A stretch of 64,000 bases of DNA, taken from contig OZ251539.1 in assembly GCA_965243135.1 (NCBI GenBank), positions 5,344,001-5,408,000 on the forward strand, read 5' to 3'. Position numbers and translations under genes: made by a program. The stretch is from Alphaproteobacteria bacterium. Its GTDB lineage: Bacteria > Pseudomonadota > Alphaproteobacteria > MPNO01 > UBA830. The notes below the pieces were generated by a model that worked only from the letters and a program-made list of their open reading frames with translations, was not told the DNA's origin and ran no database searches. Numbering within the stretch: position 1 is the first letter of the stretch; the number at the start of each line of letters is the position of its first letter. Positions 1 through 9,571 of the stretch are shown here, in pieces.

Positions 1-1583
1 AAAGACTCTTGGATCGCGGGGCGGCGCTCGGCTTCGCGCTCGAAAAATGGCAGCGGGCCGGGTTATGGTCGATTACCCGTTCGGATCCGGAGTATCCCAA
101 GCGATTGAAGCGCAAGCTGCGGTTGGAGTCGCCGCCGGTGTTGTTCGGGTGCGGCAACAAGATGCTTCTTGATCGAGGCGGCATAGCGGTCGTCGGCTCG
201 CGGGATGCCGAACCCGACGACGTTGCCTTTGCCGAGAGGCTTGCGGAGGCCGCCGCAATGCAGGGATACTCGGTCGTTTCGGGCGGGGCTCGGGGGATCG
301 ACCAGCGTTCGATGCTGGGCGCGCTCCGCAAAGAGGGCACCGCTGTCGGGATTCTGGCGGACAGCTTGTTGCGCGAAGCGACCTCCGCGAAATATCGCGA
401 CTACATTCTCTCCGGCGATCTGACGCTGATGACGCCTTTCAATCCGGAGGCGGGTTTCCAGGTCGGCAATGCGATGTCCAGAAACCGCTACATCTATTGC
501 CTGTCCGAAGCGGCAGTAGCGGTGAGCAGTACGCGGGATAAGGGAGGAACGTGGAACGGCGCTTTGGAGAACCTGAAGTTCGCGTGGGTGCCGCTCTGGG
601 TCAAATGGACGGCGAACCCGGAAGCGGGCAATGCAGGTCTTGTCCAAAAAGGGGCTCGTTGGTTGCCGGACGACTTGAATTCGCTCGAGTCCCTGTCGCG
701 CGACGCGACGGTCGAGGCGGCTGACGAAGCCAGCCGTCCCTTGCCCGAGGCCGAGCGTCCGGCAACGACCGAACCCGGAGCGGAAAGCCGCGCCGACCCG
801 GAAATCGAAACCTCCGGCAAGCGCCCGAAGTCGACTCCCGAGACTGTCGACGAAAATGCTCCTGGCGTTTCGGATTTCTACGCCATGTTTCTTGACCGAA
901 TGCGCGGCGTTACGGCCGACGGTCCTATGAAGGCCGATGAAATCGCGTCGCGTTTGGAATTGCAGAAAGCGCAAGCGAGCGTATGGCTGAAGCGGGGTTT
1001 GAGCGATGGAAGGATCGAGAAAACGGCCAAACCCGTGAGGTATCGGTCAACTGAAAACATGCGGCGACAGGCGTCCTCTCCCGAGACTGTCGGCGAAAAT
1101 GCCCCTGGCGTCTCGGATTTCTACGCCATGTTTCTTGACCGAATGCGCGGCGTCACGGCCGACGGTCCTATGAAGGCCGATGAAATCGCGTCGCGTTTGG
1201 AATTGCAGAAAGCGCAAGCGAGCGTTTGGCTGAAGCGGGGTTTGAGCGATGGAAGGATCGAGAAAACGGCCAAACCCGTAAGGTATCGGTCAACCGAAAA
1301 CGTGCAACGACAGGCGTCCTTTCCCGAGACTGTCGGCGAAAACGCTCCCGGAACTTCGGATTTCTACGCCATGTTTCTTGACCGAATGCGCGGCATCACG
1401 GCCGATGGTCCGATGAAGACCGATGAAATCGCGTCGCGTTTGGAATTGCAGAAAGCGCAGGCGAGCGTTTGGCTGAAGCGAGGTTTGAGCGATGGAAGGA
1501 TCGAGAAAACGGCCAAACCCGTAAGGTATCGGTCAACCGAAAACGTGCGGCGACAGGCGTCCTTGTTTTCTGGCAACGACTGA
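1..1583 (+). CDS. dprA: DNA-processing protein DprA/Smf family, 5'-truncated by the window, with three tandem C-terminal winged-helix-like units
   Basis: DprA motifs YPKRL..PPVLFGCGN, IAVVGSR, VVSGGARGID and AMSRNRYIY. The reading frame is open to the window edge. Confidence 0.9.
   Translation, partial: RLLDRGAALGFALEKWQRAGLWSITRSDPEYPKRLKRKLRLESPPVLFGCGNKMLLDRGGIAVVGSRDAEPDDVAFAERLAEAAAMQGYSVVSGGARGIDQRSMLGALRKEGTAVGILADSLLREATSAKYRDYILSGDLTLMTPFNPEAGFQVGNAMSRNRYIYCLSEAAVAVSSTRDKGGTWNGALENLKFAWVPLWVKWTANPEAGNAGLVQKGARWLPDDLNSLESLSRDATVEAADEASRPLPEAERPATTEPGAESRADPEIETSGKRPKSTPETVDENAPGVSDFYAMFLDRMRGVTADGPMKADEIASRLELQKAQASVWLKRGLSDGRIEKTAKPVRYRSTENMRRQASSPETVGENAPGVSDFYAMFLDRMRGVTADGPMKADEIASRLELQKAQASVWLKRGLSDGRIEKTAKPVRYRSTENVQRQASFPETVGENAPGTSDFYAMFLDRMRGITADGPMKTDEIASRLELQKAQASVWLKRGLSDGRIEKTAKPVRYRSTENVRRQASLFSGND
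838..1563 (+). repeat. Three near-identical 243-bp (81-aa) in-frame tandem repeats in dprA
   Basis: Units start CCGAGACTGTCG at 838, 1081 and 1324 (spacing 243). Confidence 0.97.
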
Positions 1584-1832
1584 ACGGCTTCGTTCGCCGG
1601 CCTGAATTTCCTCTTCCTTTTGCCGGCGCAGGATCGATCGAGGGCGCGATATGTCTGGAAGCCGTGGGTCGCGGTCGGTCGGGCAGCTGTTTGCGGACAT
1701 GCCCCGAAACCGCTGCGCCGGTTTTACGCCGCGCATCGCAGTCTCGCCGAACGGCGAAGGACGGATCGGCGTCGCGAAGCGCTCCCGACGCGGCGCCGAA
1801 TCGCCTGGCGTCGCGGACGAAGCAAGCGGCCT

Positions 1833-2756
1833 TCAGCGGATCTCGAAAACCAGCTTGCCGCGCAAATGCCTGCCCTCGCTGACTTCGTGCGCCGCCGCCG
1901 CGTCCGCAAGGCGAAACAGGCGGGTTTCCGGCGCGGTCACCGCGCCGGACCGCGCCAGTTCGACGATGCGTTCGAGATGCGGCCGGTCGCGGCCGACCCG
2001 AGGGCGGAGCGACTGAACGTCGGGGCGGGGCGGAACGGGAGCTTTCGGCCCCGATGCGATGAACGCCGCCCGGCCGCCCGGCTTCAGCACGGAGAAGGAG
2101 CGCATCGCGACCTCGCCGCCGACGGTTTCGAACACGGCGTCGACGCCGGATACGGCTTCGGCGAAGTCGGTCTCGTTGTAATCGATGATCTCGTCGGCGC
2201 CGAGGCTGCGGACGTATTCGTGATTCCGGGCGCTTGCGGTCGTGATCACGTGGGCGCCGATATGCTTCGCGAGCTGTATCGCGAATCCCGCGACGCCGCC
2301 GGCGCCGCCCTGGATCAGGATGGTTTCGCCGGGCTTCAGTTTCAGCGTGTCTTCTACGGACACGAGCGCCGTGAGACCGATCAGGGAAAGGGCGGATGCG
2401 TCCGCGTGCGACATCCAGTCGGGCTTTCGGGCGACCAGAGACGCCTTCATGGCGATCTTCTCGGCATACGTTCCTTCCTGTCCGACCTCGCACACGCCGA
2501 ACACCGGGTCGCCGACCGCGAACTCGTCCGCGCCCGCTCCGATCTCGCCGACGACGCCTGAAAAATCGCGGCCGCATACGTAGGGAAAATCGGCGATCGC
2601 GCTGTAGGCGCCGGCCCGCACCTTCCAGTCCGCGCCGTTGACGCTGGCGGCGTGGATGTCGACGACGACCTCCCCGGATCCGGCAACCGGATCCGGCAGG
2701 TCGCCGTAGGTCAATACCTCCGGACCGCCGTGCCGTTCGAAATAAGCAGCCTTCAT
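1833..2756 (-). CDS. NADP-dependent oxidoreductase (MDR/quinone reductase-like)
   Basis: IHAASVNGADWK, GRDFSG, ILIQGGAGGVAG and C-terminal GKLV. Confidence 0.9.
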   Translation of the reverse strand: MKAAYFERHGGPEVLTYGDLPDPVAGSGEVVVDIHAASVNGADWKVRAGAYSAIADFPYVCGRDFSGVVGEIGAGADEFAVGDPVFGVCEVGQEGTYAEKIAMKASLVARKPDWMSHADASALSLIGLTALVSVEDTLKLKPGETILIQGGAGGVAGFAIQLAKHIGAHVITTASARNHEYVRSLGADEIIDYNETDFAEAVSGVDAVFETVGGEVAMRSFSVLKPGGRAAFIASGPKAPVPPRPDVQSLRPRVGRDRPHLERIVELARSGAVTAPETRLFRLADAAAAHEVSEGRHLRGKLVFEIR

Positions 2757-2959
2757 CGTTTCGTTCCCTCGCGCGCACCGTCAGCGCGGATTATGGCCGC
2801 TCGCTCCGCCGCGTTCAACGCAGGCCGGGACCTCGGCAGGAACGTTCCGCGCCAATTTTGCGTTGAATCTCCGGATTTTTTTCATCGCGCCGAATTTCTC
2901 CGGCTTTCGCGAGCCGATTCGGTTGTCCGCAGGCCATGCCTTCGGACGGGAGCCCCGTC

Positions 2960-3135
2960 ATGGACCTTGAGGCTCTTTCGCTCGAAGAGGCGGAAGTCCG
3001 CCGCGCTCGACCGGACGAACGCGATGCTTTCGTTCGACGGAACCACTGCTTGGGGTTCGAGCGTTTCGCCGGCCACGGCTTGCGCCGCCGGCCGACCCAT
3101 GCTGCCCTCCCGACGGAGATTGCCGATTGCCTGCC
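2960..3135 (+). pseudogene. Remnant of an IS-associated DUF4338-type N-terminus joined to an IS C-terminal fragment
   Basis: EVRRARPDERDAFVRRNHCLGFERFAGHGLR resembles the recalled HHYLGFKRFAGRGLR motif; short and degenerate. Confidence 0.5.
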
Positions 3136-3170
3136 TCGTGTTGGGGGACGCGCCGACAGCGTACGCACGG

Positions 3171-3569
3171 TCAAGCCTGCGCGTCGCCCTTGTAGCTGGT
3201 CAGGTTGATGATTTCGAGCACGTTGCCGTCAGGGTCGCGGAAATAGGCGCGGGGACCGTTGACGGCGCCGCCCTGACGATCCTCCTCGAAGAAGACGTCG
3301 ACGCCCTTTTCCTCGAGGAACGCCTTCGCTTCCTCGTAGTCGTCCGCGTCGACGACGAACGCGTGATGCAGATCGTGGTCTTGCGGATCGATCCTCGCGC
3401 TCGATTTCGCGAGGATCACGCAGTCGCCGCCCGTGTCGAGAAAGACCATTCCCCGCTGGTGGTTCACCTGGATCGGACGCATGCCGAGAATTTCCGCGTA
3501 GAAGGCCATGCTCCGCCGGGTGTCCGTGACCGGTATGGTGAAATGGGCGACTCCCTTCGTCCGGATCAT
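3171..3569 (-). CDS. VOC/glyoxalase family protein
   Basis: HFTIPVTD..FYAEILG, HHAFVVD and AYFRDPDGNVLE; GGAGG RBS upstream. Confidence 0.9.
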   Translation of the reverse strand: MIRTKGVAHFTIPVTDTRRSMAFYAEILGMRPIQVNHQRGMVFLDTGGDCVILAKSSARIDPQDHDLHHAFVVDADDYEEAKAFLEEKGVDVFFEEDRQGGAVNGPRAYFRDPDGNVLEIINLTSYKGDAQA

Positions 3570-3765
3570 GGGCTGCCTCCTCGCGCGGGCGGAACTCCGC
3601 CGTTCGCCGCTTCGACGGAACGATAGCGGTTTCGGAACCGTATCGCGAACCGCCGGTCGGGACCGCCGAACGAATTGGCGGCGAGACCGGAAGACAACCG
3701 GGCTGCGAAACGCTAGATTCGGAAGCGCACCGAACTGCGTTGCACGACAACAAGGAGCAAGGATC

Positions 3766-4164
3766 ATGCCGGATACCCATGCCAGACAGAAGATCGCCCA
3801 TGCGTCCATCAAAACCGCCCCGGAGGTCGGCGGACGGCGCGATTTCTTCGTGTACCGGGATCTCGGAGTCACGGAGGCGAGCCTCGGCAAGTTGCGCGCC
3901 CAGACGGTCACGGCCGTTCGCGGCATGACCGAACCCACCGGCTGGCACTATCATGTCTGCGAGGGCCAGTTCGTTTACGGTCTCAAGGGCTGGGTCGACC
4001 TCGAATTCGAAACCGGCGAGAAGATCCGGGTCGGGCAGGGAGAGTCGCTGTTCATCCCGGGCGGCATGCGCCACAACGAGACCGCGGCGTCGGACGACCT
4101 CGAAATTCTGGAATTGTCCGTTCCGGCGGACATGGGCACGGTCGCCTGCGACCCGCCGGCCTGA
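3766..4164 (+). CDS. Cupin-domain protein
   Basis: GWHYHVCEGQFVYGLKG and IPGGMRHNE; AAGGAG RBS. Confidence 0.9.
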   Translation: MPDTHARQKIAHASIKTAPEVGGRRDFFVYRDLGVTEASLGKLRAQTVTAVRGMTEPTGWHYHVCEGQFVYGLKGWVDLEFETGEKIRVGQGESLFIPGGMRHNETAASDDLEILELSVPADMGTVACDPPA

Positions 4165-4274
4165 CGTCCGGCGCGCAACGGTGACGGGCGCGCCGCGAAG
4201 CTCCGAGGGTTTTGCCGACCTCGGACGCGCCGCGGGCCGCTGACATTCGCGCGCAGTGCGCCCCGGACAGCCGA

Positions 4275-5645
4275 ATGGATTTCGACGTTGCGGTCGTAGG
4301 AGCCGGCTTCGCCGGTCTCACGGTAGCGAATCGGGTCGCCGAACGCGGGCTGACGCCGCTGGTCGTGGAAGCCGGCGACGCCGAGCTTTACATGTGCAAT
4401 TCGCGCGTTTGCACCGGCGCTCTTCACGTCGCGTTTCGGAATCCCGAGGATCCCGCCGACGAATTGTTCGAGGCCATCGTTTCCGCGAGCGGCGGAACCG
4501 CCCGGCGCGACCTCGCCCGCGCCCTCGCCGACCGCGCGGGCCCGGCCATGGACTGGTTGCGCGGCCATGGCTGCCGTTTCGTTCAGCATCCGGGCCGGGC
4601 CTACGCTCTGCCGATGATGGCGCCGGCCCGGGCGCTTCGGGCAGGACTCGACTGGGAGAACAGCGGACCCAATCTGTTTCTGAGATCGCTCGCCGAGAAG
4701 CTGGAGAAGCGGGGCGGACGCATCGTGCGCGGAACGAGGGCCGCCGGCATCAGAATGGAAGGCGGCCGGGCGGCCGGCGTCGCGGCGCCCGGCGTGAAGG
4801 GATCCGCGCGCGCCGTGGCGATCGCCGACGGCGGATTTCAGGCCGACCGCCGTCTGCTTTCCCGGCATATCACGCGAAGGCCGCAGGATCTCCATCAGAG
4901 AAACATGCGGACCGGCCGCGGCGACGGCCTACGCATGGCGGTCGAGGCCGGCGCCGCGACGACGGGGCTCGACAGCTTCTACGGCCATGTTCTCAGCAGG
5001 GACGCCTTCGGCAACGAGGCTCTTTGGCCCTATCCGCAAGTCGACGTGATATGCGCGAGCGGAATAGCGGTAACCCCGGACGGCCTCCGTTTCGCCGACG
5101 AAGGGCTTGGCGGCATCTATCTGTCCAACGCCATCGCCGGTCTCGACGACCCGTTGTCGGCGACCGCGATAATCGACGCTCGGGCATGGGAAGAGGCGCG
5201 CAGCTCCGACATCGTGCCGCCCAACCCGTCCCTTCCCGAAAACGGCGGCACCGTTTTCGAAGCGGGCAGTCTGGAGGAGCTGGCCGCGAAAGCCGGGATC
5301 GACGCAGCCGGCCTCGCCGGGACCGTCGCGGAATGCAACCGATGCATCCGGGACGGCGGCGCCCTGCAGCCGCGGAAAACGGCGGCGCGCCCGATCGAGT
5401 CGGCGCCCTTTTTCGCGATTCCGTTGTGCGCCGGTATCACGGTCACGTCGGGCGGCATCGCCGTTGACGGGTGCGGCCGCGTGCTCGACGGGAACGACGC
5501 CCCGATGCCCGGCCTGTTCGCCGCCGGTTCCGCGGTCGGCGGCCTCGAAGGCGGTCCGGCGGCAGGTTACGTGGGCGGATTGATTAAAGCCTTCGGCATC
5601 GGGCTGATCGTCGGCGACGCGATCGCGGACGAACTCCGTGCGTAA
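4275..5645 (+). CDS. FAD-dependent oxidoreductase (FAD_binding_2; TcuA/flavocytochrome-like)
   Basis: DVAVVGAGFAG, ADGGFQAD, GDGLRMA, TVTSGGIAVD and PGLFAAG. Confidence 0.88.
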   Translation: MDFDVAVVGAGFAGLTVANRVAERGLTPLVVEAGDAELYMCNSRVCTGALHVAFRNPEDPADELFEAIVSASGGTARRDLARALADRAGPAMDWLRGHGCRFVQHPGRAYALPMMAPARALRAGLDWENSGPNLFLRSLAEKLEKRGGRIVRGTRAAGIRMEGGRAAGVAAPGVKGSARAVAIADGGFQADRRLLSRHITRRPQDLHQRNMRTGRGDGLRMAVEAGAATTGLDSFYGHVLSRDAFGNEALWPYPQVDVICASGIAVTPDGLRFADEGLGGIYLSNAIAGLDDPLSATAIIDARAWEEARSSDIVPPNPSLPENGGTVFEAGSLEELAAKAGIDAAGLAGTVAECNRCIRDGGALQPRKTAARPIESAPFFAIPLCAGITVTSGGIAVDGCGRVLDGNDAPMPGLFAAGSAVGGLEGGPAAGYVGGLIKAFGIGLIVGDAIADELRA

Positions 5646-5720
5646 GGCCGCCGCGGACTCGTTCGCGCGCCGCCTCGGCGCATGCCCGCAGCCCGCGGAG
5701 CCGCCTCCCCAGGCGGCGCT

Positions 5721-6536
5721 TCAGCCTTCGCGATGGGCGTCGAGGAAATCGAGCAGGGCGGCGTTGAACGCTGCGGGCTTTTCGACGTTCGACAGATGGC
5801 CTGCGCCTTCGATCAGCACGAACTCGGATCCGACGATGCGGCGATGAAGATCGCGCCCGATTTCGGGCGGCGTCAGCCGATCGTGCTCGCCGTAGATCAG
5901 GAGCGTCGGCGCCGCGATCCGGTCGACCTCGGCGGAACGGTCGAAGGTCAGCGACGCTTCGATCGTTTTCAGGTAGGAGTCCGCGCGGAGGGCGGAAACG
6001 CTGTCGACCATCCTTCGCCTCGCGTCCTCGCTTGCGTCCGGAGCGATCAGGCCGTCGACGAGCGCGTCGGCGATGTCTTCCGGCCGCTTGCCCGCGAGCA
6101 GCGGTTCCTGCCGCAGCCGCACGAAGTCCGCGCGTTTTTCCGGCGTGAGCGTGACCGTAAAGTCCGGCATCGTGTCGCAGAGCGCGAGGGTCGACACCCG
6201 GTCGGGGAATCTGGCGTAGAAATCCTGGGCGATCCTTCCGCCCATCGACAGTCCGACGAGATGAGCCTTCCTTTCTCCGAAATGGTCCAGGACGCGCAAG
6301 ACGTCGTCGGCGAAATCGCCGAAGTCGAGCCGATCCGTGTAATCGTCGGAATCGCCGTAGCCGCGGGCGTCCCAGGCCGCTGCGTGGAACCCGGCGCTGC
6401 AGGCGTCGATCTGTTCCGTCCAGTTGCTCCGGTTGCCGCCGATGCCGTGCAGGAAGAGCACGAGCGGGCCGGTTCCGGCATGATCGACCGCGAGCCGCGG
6501 CGATCCCGGAACGAAGATCGTTTCGCGCTCCGTCAT
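5721..6536 (-). CDS. Alpha/beta hydrolase
   Basis: FLHGIGG, nucleophile elbow GLSMGG, GEHD and AGHLSNVE. Confidence 0.92.
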   Translation of the reverse strand: MTERETIFVPGSPRLAVDHAGTGPLVLFLHGIGGNRSNWTEQIDACSAGFHAAAWDARGYGDSDDYTDRLDFGDFADDVLRVLDHFGERKAHLVGLSMGGRIAQDFYARFPDRVSTLALCDTMPDFTVTLTPEKRADFVRLRQEPLLAGKRPEDIADALVDGLIAPDASEDARRRMVDSVSALRADSYLKTIEASLTFDRSAEVDRIAAPTLLIYGEHDRLTPPEIGRDLHRRIVGSEFVLIEGAGHLSNVEKPAAFNAALLDFLDAHREG

Positions 6537-6755
6537 TGTGCGCTTCTCCTGCCCGAGTATGTTTGTAGACGTTTCTCGGTTGGTTGCGAAGGGGCGGTCG
6601 CGTCCGGCGGCGGCCGTTTCCCGATACCTTGAGCGGTAAGAAGAATCGTCCGGGTCGCGGCGACATCCGGGATCGCCGTTTCGCGACTGGATTTTCGTCG
6701 ATTGACGGCGATTCCCGTTCGTTCGCCCCTGATCGCCCGGGAAAGGAGGAATGCC

Positions 6756-7379
6756 GTGTCGCAGCGCGCGCATAACCAGGATCGATTGCGACGCGCCTAC
6801 AGTTGGCTGCATCGCAGCGAGAAAGCGGAGACCGACGACGAAAAGTTCATCTTTCTGTGGATCGCGTTCAACGCCGGGTACGGCGTCGAGTTGGCGGAGG
6901 ACGACGACGACGCGAACGAAAGCAGGAGGTTCAGGGATTTCCTTGGGGAGGTTCTGAACAGGGATCGGGAAGGCGTCATCGGCCGACTTCTTTGGGAGAC
7001 CTTTCCGGGGCCGATCCGCGTTCTGCTCGAAAACCGGTATGTGTTCGGACCCTTCTGGAAGTATGCCCGCGGCGCGATCCCGAATTGGCGGCCGCAATTC
7101 GAGAGCAAAAACCAACGAGTGCTCAGGTCCATGGAAACGGGTGATGCCCATAGCGTTCTCAGCGAGGTCTTCATGCGGTTGTACGTCTTGCGCAACCAGA
7201 TTTTTCATGGCGGCGCGACCTTCGCCGAGGGCTTGGGGCGGGACCAGATCAGGGACGGCAGCAACATCATGGCTTCCCTCGTTCCGGCGATCCTCGAAAT
7301 CATGGACAAGGACATTACGGAAAATCCGAATTCCGAAGTCTGGGGAAAAGTTTTCTACCCGCGTGTCGATATAGCGTGA
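6756..7379 (+). CDS. Stand-alone HEPN-domain protein (putative RNase)
   Basis: RLRRAYSWL, FIFLWIAFNAGYG and Rx4H motif RNQIFH; AGGAGGA RBS before the GTG. Confidence 0.82.
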   Translation: MSQRAHNQDRLRRAYSWLHRSEKAETDDEKFIFLWIAFNAGYGVELAEDDDDANESRRFRDFLGEVLNRDREGVIGRLLWETFPGPIRVLLENRYVFGPFWKYARGAIPNWRPQFESKNQRVLRSMETGDAHSVLSEVFMRLYVLRNQIFHGGATFAEGLGRDQIRDGSNIMASLVPAILEIMDKDITENPNSEVWGKVFYPRVDIA

Positions 7380-7872
7380 GGCGCGGGTCAGGCGCTTTCC
7401 GAAGCGAATCGCTTTCTTCGGGAACGACCCGCCCGCCGTCGTCGTACGGGACGGCGTAGGACCATGAACTCGGCGACGCGGCTTGCTGCGCGTTCACCCT
7501 CTGCAGGGCAACCCGATGAACGGCGCATCTCGCGCCGGTCGGCCCGTCGGACTCGATGGAGGGGCTACCGGGACGAGACGCCATCCTCGATTCAGTTCGC
7601 TTGCTGGGCGGCGCCGGCGAACCGTCCATTACGGTCCGGATTTCCCGGTTGCCCGGTCTACCCGGCGGCCACTGCAGGAAAGACGCCGTGCCCGGCGCAT
7701 GCATGGATGCGGCACGGACCGGCGCGGGGAAAGTCCGCCGATGCCTCGGCAGGATCGTCCGCTACGCCCGCGACTCCATCCAGACCGCCGCCGCCCGCAT
7801 CGCCGGGAGTCGGGCGGCGACAAGGCCCCACCAGGGGTTGATGGTGCGCCGTCGTTATGGGAATATGTCGTG

Positions 7873-8226
7873 ATGAAGATGACCATCGAACTCCCCGACG
7901 TCATGTTCCGGCAGGCCAAGGCGCTTGCCGCCGCTCGCGGCGTCACCCTGAGGCGTTTCTTCACCGAAGCGCTTGAGGTGCAGCTCCTGCACTGCGAGGG
8001 CGACAGTCGCGCCGGACAAGGGGGACCGATGGCCGGCTTCGGCGCGCTGTCCGATCTCGCGCATGAACACCGCCACGTCCTCGGCGTGATCGAGGAGGAG
8101 TTCGAGAAGCTCGCTCCCGAAGATCGCCCCATGATCCTCGATACCAACGCCTTGTCCGCATGGGCGGAAGGGCGCGCGGCAATCGAGGCCCATCTTCGCT
8201 CGGCGGAACGTCTGGAAGGACCGTGA
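7873..8226 (+). pseudogene. VapB-like antitoxin read in frame into a truncated VapC (PIN) toxin N-terminus
   Basis: MKMTIELPD..RQAKALAAARGVTL is RHH antitoxin-like. MILDTNALSA starts at 8131 and is cut after about 30 aa by the next gene. Confidence 0.72.
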
Positions 8227-9110
8227 GTTACCGGTATTGCGGGCGGAAATTCTCGGAAGCCGACATCAACCTGATTCGCGATTTGATCGCGCAACGGAAC
8301 CCGCCTCTCAAACGCACGCCCCTCTCGCGCATCCTGTGCGAATGCCTCGACTGGCGCAAGCCCAACGGCGGTTTGAAAGATATGAGCGCTCGCGTCGCCC
8401 TGCTGCGGATGGAACGCGACGGCCTCATCGTTCTGCCGCCGTCGCAGCTCCGGTCCGTCCGCGTTCGCCGCCCAATTCCGCCGTCTCCCGAAACCGAACC
8501 GCCCCCGTTCCCAACTCCCGACCGTCTCGATCAAGTCCGTCCGCTGCGCATCGAACCCGTCCGCAGCGCCAGCGAAGGTCGCCTCTGGAACGCCTTCATC
8601 GACCGTTATCATTACCTCGGCTTTACTCCCATGCCTGGTGCCCAGATAAGGTACTTCGTCCGCTCCGCAGAGGGCGAACCCCTGGCCGTGCTCGGCTTCG
8701 GCGCCGCCGCGTGGAAGATTGCGCCACGGGACAAGCTGATCGGTTGGGACATCGAATGCCGCCAGCGCAATCTGCCTTTCGTCGTTAACAACGCGAGATT
8801 CCTTATACTGCCCTGGGTCAGAATCAAACGCCTTGCATCCCATATCCTCGCGCTGGTCGAGCGATGTTTGCCCGACGACTGGGACCGCCGCTACGCGTTG
8901 CGTCCAGTCCTGCTCGAGACCTTCTGCGAAATGCGGCGCTTCGAAGGAACCTGCTACCATGCAGCCAACTGGATCCGGGTCGGCAAAACGCAGGGCCGCG
9001 GCAAGCTCGACGTGAAAAACGAGTATGCGCTGCCGGTCAAGGATATCTGGCTGAAGCCCCTGCGGCGGGACTGGAAGAAGGTTCTCAATCGCGGACCATC
9101 GCCTGGGTAG
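8223..9110 (+). CDS. DUF4338 (DruA-like, IS-associated) protein
   Basis: RYCGRKFS, LDWRKPNGGLKDM, YHYLG, VVNNARFLILPW, LLETF, AANWIRVGKTQGRGK. Confidence 0.85.
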   Translation: MSYRYCGRKFSEADINLIRDLIAQRNPPLKRTPLSRILCECLDWRKPNGGLKDMSARVALLRMERDGLIVLPPSQLRSVRVRRPIPPSPETEPPPFPTPDRLDQVRPLRIEPVRSASEGRLWNAFIDRYHYLGFTPMPGAQIRYFVRSAEGEPLAVLGFGAAAWKIAPRDKLIGWDIECRQRNLPFVVNNARFLILPWVRIKRLASHILALVERCLPDDWDRRYALRPVLLETFCEMRRFEGTCYHAANWIRVGKTQGRGKLDVKNEYALPVKDIWLKPLRRDWKKVLNRGPSPG

Positions 9111-9272
9111 CGAACGCTTGCGGAGGCGGAAAAAGCTACCCGCTATCAACTCCGAAGTGCGATACTGGCGGTCGGCAATCCCTGTCGCCAAGGCAGTATG
9201 GGTTGGCCGGTGAGTCAAGGTGCCGGGGCGGCGGGCAGGATGGCTTCGCGCCCGGAGTTCTTGCCCGGCCGA

Positions 9273-9347
9273 TGGTGGGCGCGGCTGGGTTTGAACCAGC
9301 GGCCTCTCGCGTGTGAGGCGAGCGCTCTCCCGCTGAGCTACGCGCCC
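9273..9347 (-). tRNA. tRNA-Val(CAC)
   Basis: Reverse complement GGGCGCGTAGCTCAGCGGGAGAGCGCTCGCCTCACACGCGAGAGGCCGCTGGTTCAAACCCAGCCGCGCCCACCA: cloverleaf, anticodon CAC, encoded CCA. Confidence 0.97.
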
Positions 9348-9571
9348 AATGTCCGGCAATTAAGACCGGGAAGCGCAACCTGTCAAGCCGGGTGAATCGA
9401 GGATGGACCGCCCTCCGGATCTTCCGGACGGAGGCAAGCGGGCGTTTCGCGCTCGCCGCGAAACGGATCGAAAAGGTCGGCAAAGCGGCCGTCGGCGTTC
9501 TCGCGGCCGCCGCCGGACTTCGCCGCGCGCGGAAGCGAGGCCTTGTCTTCCGGCCCGCCTTTCGCCGGGAT

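Noticed and set aside
838-1563. Diversity-generating retroelement TR/VR pair
   Set aside because: The repeats are in-frame and tandem, differences are not adenine-specific, and no reverse transcriptase is in the window.
8223-9110. Druantia defence system
   Set aside because: No DruE or other Dru genes; this DUF4338 type is IS-associated, as in the element at 39.5-41.9 kb.
6500-9272. Duplicated tRNA 3' end (att) bounding the island
   Set aside because: No second copy was found by eye.
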